64,000 nucleotides of DNA from Candidatus Cloacimonadales bacterium (GTDB lineage Bacteria; Cloacimonadota; Cloacimonadia; Cloacimonadales; JAFGVF01): the NCBI GenBank assembly GCA_963678315.1, contig OY782781.1, positions 384,001 through 448,000 of the forward strand. The letters are read 5' to 3'. Every line of letters begins with the position of its first letter. Within the stretch, counting starts at the first letter, position 1. Position numbers and translations under genes: made by a program. The notes under the pieces are model-generated. The model did no database searches, was not told where the DNA came from, and saw only the letters and a program-made list of their open reading frames with translations. Of this stretch, positions 19,832 through 30,000 are shown one piece after another.

Positions 19832-22195
19832 CTATAGACACTTCTCAATAAAAGTGATTGCTTTCTTAGTTTGCTCAAACCGGCTAAAATCTTCAATATT
19901 CCACTCAACACTTTTTCTAGCTTTAACAAAGTCAATAATAGCAAGTAACTGTTTCTTAATTGATTCAACATCTTCAGCTTGGCAAGTCCATGGATTACCA
20001 AGACTATTCAAAAGTTGTTCAGCTTCTCCCCCATTAGGAACTAAGCCTAAAATTGCTTTATTGCATTTCAGATATTCGAATACTTTTCCTGTTAGAACGT
20101 TTTTACCGCTTTTAGTTCCTATGAGCAGTAATAGTATATCACTATCTTGCATCTTTTTGATAGCAAGTTCATGTTCTTGCTGACTTGTTATATTTATGAT
20201 AGATACTAAGCCTGAATTTTCAATTACTGACAGTTCCTCAACATAATAATTACCCATATATTCTATAGCAATCTCATGCGAATTTATCTTACCTTCGTCA
20301 ATTAATTGCTTTACTGCTTCTAAGAAGTACTTTGATGTTCTATGTTTATACATATTCCCAACATAAGATATTGTTATCTTCTTATTAACTTTCTGCAGAC
20401 CTTGTACAAAATCTTCTTTATCATAGCCATTGTACATTACTTGAATTTTCTCAGAATTAATATTAAATTCATCGATTAATTCTTGTTTCATTACTTGGCC
20501 TATAGTAAGAACTCCACTTGCCTGATCTAAAAAGAATTTCTCCAGTCTCTTGTATTGCTGACGTGAAAAGTCATTTGTAAAATCAAAATAAGAGCTTAAT
20601 GTCCAATGATCTCTATAGTCAATAATAAAAGGTTTATTGAAGAGTCTTGCTAGTATCCAGCCTATTAATAAAGAAGATACAGGATAGATTGAGACTATTA
20701 CAACATTGTAATCATTCTTTAAGAAATTAGTCATTCCTTTCATTATTGCAGGAATAACCCAACCAATCTTATCATCCATAAAGAAGAGTGATTTTATTAG
20801 CTTTTTCTTAAACTCAGAAGTTTTAAAATAAGTGCTGTCTGGACTATTCTTTTCTTTTGAAGTAAGAAGCTTAATTTTCTGGGCTAAGCTCATTAAATCA
20901 AGAGATTCTGCTCTAATAATAGTATTATCTATTTCTTTTAAGAAACTATCATCATAGGAATGAAACATAATGTCTTTTACTGTAAGGACATCAAAATCCC
21001 AATTAAGTTCTTTAGCATATTTAGTAAACTTTAGAGGTCTTTGCACTCCTGCTCCTCCTAATGGAGGGAAGAAATAAGCAATCATCAGACCTTTCTTTTG
21101 ACTTGAAGTAATCTTATCAAATATTGCCATTAACTTAGCTTCTAGCATGTTCCAGCTATACTTTTCTTTAACTATTTTTTTAACTACATTTGCATGACTA
21201 AGTCTTTTTTCTTCCGATAGGCTTATAGACTTACACATTTCAGTAGCGATAGCACTAGCATTAAATTCACTGGTAAATATACCTTCCGAAGAATTATATA
21301 TTTTTTTGTTAAAAGGAAAGTTATTTGTGATAACCAATAATCCAGCATTAAGATATTCCAAGAGTTTGATAGGTAATGCATATTTATAACGTGTTACTTT
21401 AGGAGATAGAAGGCATAAGCCACACTTTGATTGAGCTAAGTATCCTTCAACCTGTGTATGTGGTATCTCTTGTTTCAATATTATATTATCTTCAAGATTA
21501 AGTGATTTTATTTTAGCTTGAAGTTCATCGTAATATCCTGAGATTAATTCTTTCCCTATAATTAGTACTTTAACACTTGGATGTGTAACTACAAGAACTT
21601 TGATTGCCTGAATAATCTCTGATATTCCTCGTTCTGGTGAAAGTCCACCTACATAGACAAAATCATATACTTTATTATTGCTATATGCAACTTCAGAAAG
21701 CATTGGATAATTTGGTATGGTGTAACTATTAACTCCATACTCAGTAAATTTATTAGTTAAAATATCATTAACAGTAATGCATGCATGTAGCAAAGGTATT
21801 GTCTGACTTTCAAGCTTATGATGTAGTTTCTCATTCATCATTTGTTTTAATTTACTAGATGATTTTTCTCGCTGAGCAAGTCCAAAAAACTCGTGACAAT
21901 CATATACAAATTTCAACTTAGTAAAAACCTTAGCAAGCACTAATAAGATTGGTTCAACTACCACTACAACATCTGGCTTAAGCGAAACTATATAGCTCAT
22001 AGCTGTTGCTAAGAATACCTTCCTCACTTGATTATCTAAAGCAATTAAGTCAATATTTTCTTCAGCACAAACTTCTTGTTGATTGTTATGAAGTATTATT
22101 ACTTTGTATTTCTGGGCTAAGGTCTTAGCAATTTTATGATAAAGTCTTACATCTTTGGCTTTATGACTTATCGTTACTATTAGTATGCTTTTCAT
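19832..22195 (-). CDS. Tandem double GT-B (GT4-like) glycosyltransferase fusion
   Basis: First unit YDCHE..PIKLLEYL; second unit AYFFPPLGGAGVQRPLKF..DYRDHW..GKVFEYL. Confidence 0.85.
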   Translation of the reverse strand: MKSILIVTISHKAKDVRLYHKIAKTLAQKYKVIILHNNQQEVCAEENIDLIALDNQVRKVFLATAMSYIVSLKPDVVVVVEPILLVLAKVFTKLKFVYDCHEFFGLAQREKSSSKLKQMMNEKLHHKLESQTIPLLHACITVNDILTNKFTEYGVNSYTIPNYPMLSEVAYSNNKVYDFVYVGGLSPERGISEIIQAIKVLVVTHPSVKVLIIGKELISGYYDELQAKIKSLNLEDNIILKQEIPHTQVEGYLAQSKCGLCLLSPKVTRYKYALPIKLLEYLNAGLLVITNNFPFNKKIYNSSEGIFTSEFNASAIATEMCKSISLSEEKRLSHANVVKKIVKEKYSWNMLEAKLMAIFDKITSSQKKGLMIAYFFPPLGGAGVQRPLKFTKYAKELNWDFDVLTVKDIMFHSYDDSFLKEIDNTIIRAESLDLMSLAQKIKLLTSKEKNSPDSTYFKTSEFKKKLIKSLFFMDDKIGWVIPAIMKGMTNFLKNDYNVVIVSIYPVSSLLIGWILARLFNKPFIIDYRDHWTLSSYFDFTNDFSRQQYKRLEKFFLDQASGVLTIGQVMKQELIDEFNINSEKIQVMYNGYDKEDFVQGLQKVNKKITISYVGNMYKHRTSKYFLEAVKQLIDEGKINSHEIAIEYMGNYYVEELSVIENSGLVSIINITSQQEHELAIKKMQDSDILLLLIGTKSGKNVLTGKVFEYLKCNKAILGLVPNGGEAEQLLNSLGNPWTCQAEDVESIKKQLLAIIDFVKARKSVEWNIEDFSRFEQTKKAITFIEKCL

Positions 22196-23873
22196 AATCT
22201 TCCAGTGTAATTCTTATTTTATTGTTGGCTTTAACATTGATGAACTTGATTATATCTCCGTCAATCTTATAATTATTATGACTAATATCTTTGATCTTTC
22301 TATTAGAAATCAACTTAATAGTGAAGAATGGAAAGTCATCAGGAAAGTCAATTGTTGCTCCCATTTTATCATTGGTAATTAGAACATTACTTCTATTTTT
22401 CCACCATAAAGCCACATTTTCACAGGTATCATTATAGTATGAGCAATCCTTTAAATTATCAATAAGATGTTTATAAGCTTTTTTGAAGAACCTTATTTCT
22501 TTGTAATTGGATAGATTGAAATTGAAGTTAATCAATCCTCTTCTCTCTTTAATCTTACCTAGCAAATTCCTAATCTTAGAATTAACCGTTGTAAGATTGT
22601 AGTTCTTACCTTTCATTGTGTTTAGAATATTATCATCAAAGGTAACAGGTATTTCAAGTGGGAATAAACGAATATCATCTACCAGTAATTGATATGGCAG
22701 AACATTTCCTTTAGCAAATCTTTCGATGCTGTTATTTACAATTGAAGAATCATAGAGAACATCTGTCTTATGTTCTAATAAAAATGAAGCATCCCTGTCT
22801 TTCTTGCGTAAGAACTTAAGACCAAAGAAATTTTTCCCTGTAAGTTTCTTCATATAATCCTGAGATTTAGATATTTTATCTGCTTCAACCTTATTTAGTA
22901 GGATTGCTATCTCGTGTCCACTCTTCTTGATTAACTGCAAATCATCTTCCAAATCAGAGTCTTTTAAGTAGTCATAATCAAATTCTTTGCCGGACAATAA
23001 ATGTACAAACCAGGTTGATCTAATACCAGCATCATCATCGAGCTTTAAAATCTTATCAAAGTTCCAATACTGTTCTTTCTCTTTAAAAATATATCTCCAA
23101 GAATCTCTTGTATTGTAATATAAATCAGCAAATCTTAGACTAAACAAGAGCTTATATGCTCCTACCCAGCTTTCTAGAACCTTATCCCCTGTCCATCTAA
23201 CCAATTTATCTACTGTATGTGAGAATATTATTGCAAAATCTTCTCCCTTAGGCCAATACTCTTTCTTAAATAATGGATAGTTTAAATGCTTAGCACAATC
23301 TTCCATTGACCACTGCAATACAGAGAAATATAGGTTTATAAATGGGATAGATTTATATTCCTTGAAAACACTTTCAAATGAGCCACTTTCTTCATCTTTC
23401 TTATTGTTTCTGTGAAGCCATGTCTTTGCTTCAACATCAGCTAAATGATAATAGAAATTACCAAATAAATCAAACTTAATTTCACATAAGCCTATGCCTT
23501 TCATTGATACATAAGATATAAGGTTTTCTACTTCATCCCTTGTCTTCTCAGAAATTACTGGTATTCTATCTTTGAAAAAACCAATATGCCTAATTTTCTT
23601 CTTTAAATTGTTTTCATAAAGAGTATCTGTTATATATAGTGCTTCATAATATCTGATTAAAATCACAGGTACTCTTGAAGCCATGAATGCAATTTGTTCT
23701 TTTGTTACACCCTTAGAATCATACCATATTAAGAAATCTGTCTGTTCCAAATTACTTAATGAATATATAATTCTATGGCTGTATCCCAAAGAGTCAAAGA
23801 TAAAGTCAATTATATAACTTACTCTTGCCCTTATTTTACTGTCTTCTTCTTGGTCGATGTATATTGCAATCAT
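22161..23873 (-). CDS. Polysaccharide deacetylase-like protein (degenerate NodB-type fold)
   Basis: WPKGEDFAIIFSHTVD, IRSTWF, GHEIA, YDSSI, LEIPVTFDD resemble glycan-cluster deacetylases; catalytic residues appear divergent. Confidence 0.6.
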   Translation of the reverse strand: MIAIYIDQEEDSKIRARVSYIIDFIFDSLGYSHRIIYSLSNLEQTDFLIWYDSKGVTKEQIAFMASRVPVILIRYYEALYITDTLYENNLKKKIRHIGFFKDRIPVISEKTRDEVENLISYVSMKGIGLCEIKFDLFGNFYYHLADVEAKTWLHRNNKKDEESGSFESVFKEYKSIPFINLYFSVLQWSMEDCAKHLNYPLFKKEYWPKGEDFAIIFSHTVDKLVRWTGDKVLESWVGAYKLLFSLRFADLYYNTRDSWRYIFKEKEQYWNFDKILKLDDDAGIRSTWFVHLLSGKEFDYDYLKDSDLEDDLQLIKKSGHEIAILLNKVEADKISKSQDYMKKLTGKNFFGLKFLRKKDRDASFLLEHKTDVLYDSSIVNNSIERFAKGNVLPYQLLVDDIRLFPLEIPVTFDDNILNTMKGKNYNLTTVNSKIRNLLGKIKERRGLINFNFNLSNYKEIRFFKKAYKHLIDNLKDCSYYNDTCENVALWWKNRSNVLITNDKMGATIDFPDDFPFFTIKLISNRKIKDISHNNYKIDGDIIKFINVKANNKIRITLEDYEKHTNSNDKS

Positions 23874-24049
23874 TTTTATCTACTCTATTTTTTTAGTCAA
23901 TTTTACATTACAAATTTTCAATGTCAAGTAGAAGAAAAAAATTCCTATTTATCATAATTTATTTGAAATCTTTTTACTTCAAGAAAGCATATAAATCATA
24001 ACCATTTATGCCTGATATTGTCTTATGTTTTAGCAGAATTGTGGTCAAG

Positions 24050-24580
24050 CCTCCATGCTAATTCATGACCGCCCTTTGGGACTCAATAGCAAATAAGATA
24101 ACTATCCACGAATTACACAAAGAAACACGAACAAACACAAAGCTACACAAATCTAAACCCTAAACAATTAAACATCTAAACAACTAAACCTCTCAACAGC
24201 TAAACCTCTCAACATTTTTTTATCTGTATAATCTGCCTTTTCTGTGTTCTATTAACATGGGTTGCAAGCTACAGTCTTCGCTTTCTAAAGTATTTCTGGG
24301 TGTCCTGCAAAGTCGGAACGCCAGCCTCTGTGCTGGCCAAACCTACGGAAGTAGGTTATCTAGAAGGTTTAAAAAATTGTTTAGCACATACTTACATGCT
24401 AAAGCCGGCAGGGATGCCGGCGTTCCCAGTATGTCCTCACTTATCACTACGTTCTAAGTGAAGCCAGCTAGCAGCCGGCGTTCCCAGTATGTCCTAACTC
24501 CAACCTTACTTGCCACCTTGAAAAATCGGCTTTTTTTCAAGGTGGCAAGTAAGGGTGTAGAGACCTTTCGAAAACGTCTC
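24050..24580. repeat. Intergenic REP-like repeat island 2
   Basis: ACAC(G/A)AA 10-mer-like run, 7 x 8-bp TAAACA-like tandem 24161-24216, REPIN-like element 24303-24430, CACTTA/TAAGTG plus GCCAGC unit, perfect 22-bp-arm hairpin 24504-24554, GTAGAGAC module 24557-24580. Confidence 0.85.
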
Positions 24581-24610
24581 ATTGACAGTCTTATAATTTT
24601 TATGGCATAT

Positions 24611-24639
24611 AAAAAAGAGCCCTGAAAATTCAAGGCTCT
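24611..24639 (-). terminator. Intrinsic terminator of buk
   Basis: Minus strand AGAGCCTTGAA-TT-TTCAGGGCTCT-TTTTT. Confidence 0.75.
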
Positions 24640-24670
24640 AATAATATATTTATTACTCTATAATTGAGTA

Positions 24671-25750
24671 TTATTTTCCGTAAACTTTTGCTTCTTCAAG
24701 CCCTTTTAAAACTCTTACGCCACCTTGGCAAAGAGCTTCCATTTCTTTTTCTCCAGGGAATAATTCGATAGGAGCGATAAATTCAACTCTATCAGAAATT
24801 GATTTCACAATCATTTCATTATAAACTAATCCACCAGACATGAAGATAAGGTCGACTTTACCATTCATAACAGTAGCACAAGCACCAATTTCTTTAGCAA
24901 CTTGATAACACATTGCATCTTGAACAAGTTTAGCTTTTTCATCGCCATTCTTAATCATTTCAGCAACATCTCTACCATCATCAGTTCCTAAATAAGCAAC
25001 AAAACCTGCTTTCTTTGAAAGGTAACCTTGAAGTTCTTTTTTAGTATAATCACCTGAGTAACACATATCAATTAAGTCACCAATAGGAAGAGCACCAGCT
25101 CTTTGAGGTGAGAATGCACCCATACCAAGCAGAGCATTGTTTACATCAACAACTCTACCTTCTTTGATAGCAGCGATAGAAACACCACCACCCATGTGAA
25201 CACCAATCATGTTACATTCAGATAAGTCTTTTCCTAATTTCTCAGAAAGAAGTCTTGCAATGTATCTAATATTTAGAGCATGGAAAAGAGACTGTCTTTG
25301 AATTTCAGGAATGCCTGAAATACGTGCAATTTCATCAAATTCATCAACAACAACAGGGTCAACGATGAATGATGGGATATTATAATCATTAGCGATTGAT
25401 TCAGAGATAAATGCACCTAAGTTAGAAGCATGAATTCTTCCCCAAAGGGCTGGGTCAGATAAGTCTTTTTTCATCTCTTCATTAACAGCATAAGTTCCAC
25501 CAGCGATAGCTTTCATTAAGCCACCTCTACCAACAACTGCTGATAAAGTAGAAGGGTCTACATTGTTTTCTGTCATTGCTTCTAAAACTAATTTTTTACG
25601 ATAGTCGTATTGTTCTATGATACCACCAAAAGCTTCTAATGCCTCTGCATCATGTCTTAAAGTTTTTGTAAAAACTTCTGTGTTATCATCATAAACTGCT
25701 ATTTTAGTAGATGTTGAACCAGGATTAATTGCTAAAACGCGATATTCCAT
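24671..25750 (-). CDS. buk: Butyrate kinase
   Basis: INPGSTSTKIA, VGRGG, HASNLG, DPVVVDE, FHALN, HMGGGVS, PGEKEMEAL. Confidence 0.96.
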   Translation of the reverse strand: MEYRVLAINPGSTSTKIAVYDDNTEVFTKTLRHDAEALEAFGGIIEQYDYRKKLVLEAMTENNVDPSTLSAVVGRGGLMKAIAGGTYAVNEEMKKDLSDPALWGRIHASNLGAFISESIANDYNIPSFIVDPVVVDEFDEIARISGIPEIQRQSLFHALNIRYIARLLSEKLGKDLSECNMIGVHMGGGVSIAAIKEGRVVDVNNALLGMGAFSPQRAGALPIGDLIDMCYSGDYTKKELQGYLSKKAGFVAYLGTDDGRDVAEMIKNGDEKAKLVQDAMCYQVAKEIGACATVMNGKVDLIFMSGGLVYNEMIVKSISDRVEFIAPIELFPGEKEMEALCQGGVRVLKGLEEAKVYGK

Positions 25751-25833
25751 TGTTCCTCCATTTTTCGATATTTTATTTTATTCAAAAATTTATAATTCTA
25801 ATCTTGAGGTCAAGAAGTAATTTGATAACAAAG

Positions 25834-26937
25834 CTATTTCATTTGTTTAAAGGCAGTGTACCTTTTTTCAACAGTTTTTATGTAATGTTGTGTTTCATCC
25901 CAAGATTTAGTGCTTAAGAGATTAAAAACCTTCTTGTTATCTCTAGAATTTAGCAAAGCAAACATCTTGTCCCACTTATCTTGAGGAATCTTCTTAGTCT
26001 GGCCTGCTAATGCTATAAAAACAGCACCTCTTCCACCATTATAAGAACAAATCACACAGTAACGCTTATTGGTCTTGTTCTTTACTTTTTTCCAGCTATT
26101 ATCCTGCAAGTGTGCCAAATATCCTATACCCATTTCTAGGTTCTTTTGTGGATTAAAAAGTACTTTACTTGATGGCTTTCTATCATCATTATAGAGCTTT
26201 TTATTCATAGTCTTTCCTGCATATTCTGGAACTATTTGCATCATACCGTAAGCATTGCCAGAACGATTGTATGCCCTAGGATTAAAGTTAGACTCGGTCT
26301 TGATAATCGCCAATGCTAGAGCTGTCTCAACTCCAGCTTTCTTGCAGAATTTCTCAATATATTCCTTGTATTTAGCTATCCTCTTCTTATCACTATTAGG
26401 AACAAGCTCAAGTGATATTTTGTAGATAGTTTTCCCGCCTACCTTCTTAGTAATGAGCTTTGATTCTTCAACAATCCCTTTGATATCTTTATCTTCTATC
26501 GCTTGTTCAGGATTCTTAGGATTAGCAACTTGTCCTTCTAAGATAGCCTTACCAGTTTCATCTTTTTCTTTAAGAACTTTACCTGCTAACTTTTCTAGTT
26601 TCTCTTTTATCTCTTTCTCAGTTGTCTTAGGGTCTACTACAACCTCTATATCTACCTTATCACTCTCAAAGTCAACACTAGCCCTACTATCCATGTTATC
26701 AGCGTAACTTACCCATGTTTTTGGAGTAGATTCTTTGAATGAACCCCATTTCTCCTCTATGAACTTTTTGTACTTGATAAACTGCTCATCTTGATATCCC
26801 TGGAAATCATTAAATTCTTTATCATAAGCTGATATCTGGTCATTCTGTTGAGCCTTATATTTCTCAAAGTCGCTCAAGTCCTGCCCGTTTAAGCAAGTAA
26901 AAATAATCATAAGTAAAATAAAAATATAGTTCTTCAT
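25834..26937 (-). CDS. MltC-like lytic transglycosylase (DUF3393 + SLT domain)
   Basis: AIIKTESNFNPRA, AYGMMQI, SYNGG, ETQHYI; N-terminal WVSY..SRASVDFE. Confidence 0.85.
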   Translation of the reverse strand: MKNYIFILLMIIFTCLNGQDLSDFEKYKAQQNDQISAYDKEFNDFQGYQDEQFIKYKKFIEEKWGSFKESTPKTWVSYADNMDSRASVDFESDKVDIEVVVDPKTTEKEIKEKLEKLAGKVLKEKDETGKAILEGQVANPKNPEQAIEDKDIKGIVEESKLITKKVGGKTIYKISLELVPNSDKKRIAKYKEYIEKFCKKAGVETALALAIIKTESNFNPRAYNRSGNAYGMMQIVPEYAGKTMNKKLYNDDRKPSSKVLFNPQKNLEMGIGYLAHLQDNSWKKVKNKTNKRYCVICSYNGGRGAVFIALAGQTKKIPQDKWDKMFALLNSRDNKKVFNLLSTKSWDETQHYIKTVEKRYTAFKQMK

Positions 26938-27045
26938 AATACACTCCTTCTGAATTACTTTAGATGAATAGAAGTCCTCTTTGCATTTATAGCATTAGTT
27001 AAATTAATTGTCAAGTGTAAGTTAGATATTCTCTTAGATTAGCAC

Positions 27046-27076
27046 AAAAAAAAAGAGCTGACATATTGCCAGCTCT
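27046..27076 (-). terminator. Intrinsic terminator after S8 peptidase
   Basis: Minus strand AGAGCTGGCA-ATA-TGTCAGCTCT-T8. Confidence 0.8.
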
Positions 27077-27086
27077 ATAGTGTATT

Positions 27087-30000
27087 TTATTTCATCAATA
27101 GCATCTTCTTGCTTTTACTGTATTTCCCATTCCGTATTCTGTAAAGGTAAATTCCTGCTGAAACTTTATTTCCTTTTTCATTACACCCATTCCAGACCAC
27201 ATTGTGACTTCCAGAGTTTAACTCATCAGCAAGTAAAACTTTAACAAGTTGACCTTTTATATTATAGACTTCGAGATTAACAAAGGCTTTTTCCTTTATA
27301 TCAAAGCTAATTGTTGTTCCTTGCTCTCTACCAGAGGCAGGCTTAAATGGGTTAGGATAGTTGCTAATAGCAATATAGTTAGGAGTTTCTACTTGGTCTT
27401 CTGAGATAGGAGTAGTTTCAAAAGGAACTGCAAAGCCCCAACTTGCTCCCTCTAGAATAGCATCACTTGTTCCAGTAATCTCATTAATTGCAGAAGAACC
27501 ACTTCCTTCATTGAATCCATAATAAGCCACTTGATTAGTCGTTGAACCTTGACCAGAATCATTCATCTGGTTAACTATCTCATTTGTACTTAGGGCTGAA
27601 TCATAGATTCTTACTTGGTCAAAGCGTCCTAGCATTGTTCTATTGGCAGAAGATGTGTTACCTAGAATAAGGTCTTCATTCAGGCTAAGCAAGGGACTTG
27701 CTAAATCTGAAGAAAGCTCTTGCTCTTGACCATTAATAAGAATCTTATATCCATCTACAGAGCTATAAGAGACAGCTAGATGGTGCCATTGACCTAGGGT
27801 AATAGCATCGTTGTTACAGTATATTCTATCATAACCTTCTTCAGTACTAACCCAAAAGGCAAGGGTGTTTTGATAGTCAGTAAACTCATCTATCAATGTT
27901 ATTCCATTATATCCCCAAGACCATACTTGAGCAAAGCCTACATTTGGGATATTACCCCAGTTTGAAGGATTAAACCACATCTCGATAGTAAAGTCAGATG
28001 ATAAATCATAACTATTACCCAGGTTTACAGATTGAAATTCTTCGTCTATTTCTACAGAGCTAGTCCCATCAAACACTTTGATGAAATTATTCTTGATAAC
28101 TTCAATATCATTGAAAGAACTTGTAACTATCATTCTCACATCATGACTTCCATATTCTGTGAAAGTATATGTTGGATTAGCATCATTAGAATCAATTGAA
28201 CCATCATTATCAAAGTCCCATGCTATATCATACTCATCTGGATAACCAATTGTTAGATTATTTAAGTCAACCTCTAATGGAGAATGACCTGCAATTGATT
28301 CTGTAGTAAAATCAGCTGTTAAGAACGGCACTTCAAGATATTGTAGAATCTTCTTAAGATAGAATTCTCTTTCATCGAAGTTTTGCCCTCTTCCAAGAGA
28401 TTGAAGACTTATAGAAGAGCAAATGGTCTTGTATTCGCCAGTATCATATTGAACAGCTACTGTTCCGTATTCGTCAGCTTCTAGTAATTCAATAGCTCCA
28501 TTGATTGGAGTAAACTTATCGATTGAGCCAATGCTATCAAACAAGATGTCTTCGAATCCTAATCCTTCAATTATTGATCCGTCAGCACCTGAGTAAGTTC
28601 CTGTATATAATTCTCCATCTTCTACAGATACACCAAAATAATCTGCTGTGTTATTATCGATATTAACCCAAATCTGTCCAGACTGGTTATACATAACACT
28701 TCTGCCTTCTATATAGACATTTCCTCCATTTTCCAAGTAATCTACTATTAGAGGACTAATGTAATCATCAATATTAGGATGATTATCATAGTATGGATAA
28801 GGAGCTGGAGGTCCCCATGATAAGAATATAGCTTTATATCCTAGGAATGATTCTGGAAGGTCATTTTCACAGGCGTAATCATAGGCTATGTCGTAATTAT
28901 TACAGAAGTCCATTACAATATTACCACTCATATCATTGCCATTAAGGTTATGGTCCCAAATGAATATTTTATTCTGATTATTAACTGGTAGATAGAAGTC
29001 CATCTCTTGTCCATATACGATATCAATATCGGCTGAAGAAGTGATAGTAAAGTGTAAAGAATCAACAGAAACCTGTCCAATTTCGACTGTAAAAGCATCT
29101 TGAATATCCATATTCCAGTCAGCTGGGCAGTAACCAGTCCAAGAACTATTAGTTATGTTTACACCTTCAGTTGAGCTAGATAGCACTAAGTTTAGATTAT
29201 CTGTCTCAGTTAAGCTTGCATAGTTTTTAATATTTACAGATAAATTTACACTAGCTCCCTCTGTTAAGATAGCATCGTTTTCTACTCTTGAGAGTTCAAG
29301 TTTCAGTTGTGGAGTTACAGAAGGGTTAACTTCAGATAAAGCCCTGTAAGCATTAATTCTTCCAGCTCCTAATTTATTGATGTAGTTAGGGTTTTCTTGG
29401 TCTATATTATCACAAGTTGCTAGAAGCTGTTGAGTAACTCTTTCACGTGTCCATTCTGGATGTTGAGATTTAATCAGAGCTGTTAGACCTGCTGCAAAAG
29501 GTGATGCCATTGATGTTCCTTGGAAACTAGCATAACCACCAGGGATAGTACTTAAGAGTCCACCATCAACTTCTGAATCTCCGCCTGGGGAGGAGATATC
29601 ACAGGCTATGCCATAACTTGAGTAATAAGCTTTTACATCATTTGAAGCTGTTGATGCTACAGATATAATGTTAGAATAGCCAGAAGGATAGTGAGTCTTT
29701 CCCCAATTAGAATTCCCTGCGCTAGCAAGAATAACTGTTTCACCAATCATTTCTTGGATAATCTCTTCATAGGAACGTGAATACATACCTGTTCCCCATG
29801 AGCAAGAAATAACATCTGCACCATTCTCAAGAGCATATACTATACCATCAAAGCAGTTTGATTCATAGGCATTGCCACCATCTGAATCATGACCTGTACC
29901 CATAAGTGTTACATTCCAAGAAATACTAGCGATTCCTGTTTCATTATTAGTTACACCAGCAGCTAAACCTGAGCAATGTGTTCCATGATGTGAAGGGTCG

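Noticed and set aside
24257..24457. Similar small ORFs at 24257-24457 and 34697-34963 as a protein family
   Set aside because: The similarity comes from translating the same REPIN-like repeat; no RBS support.
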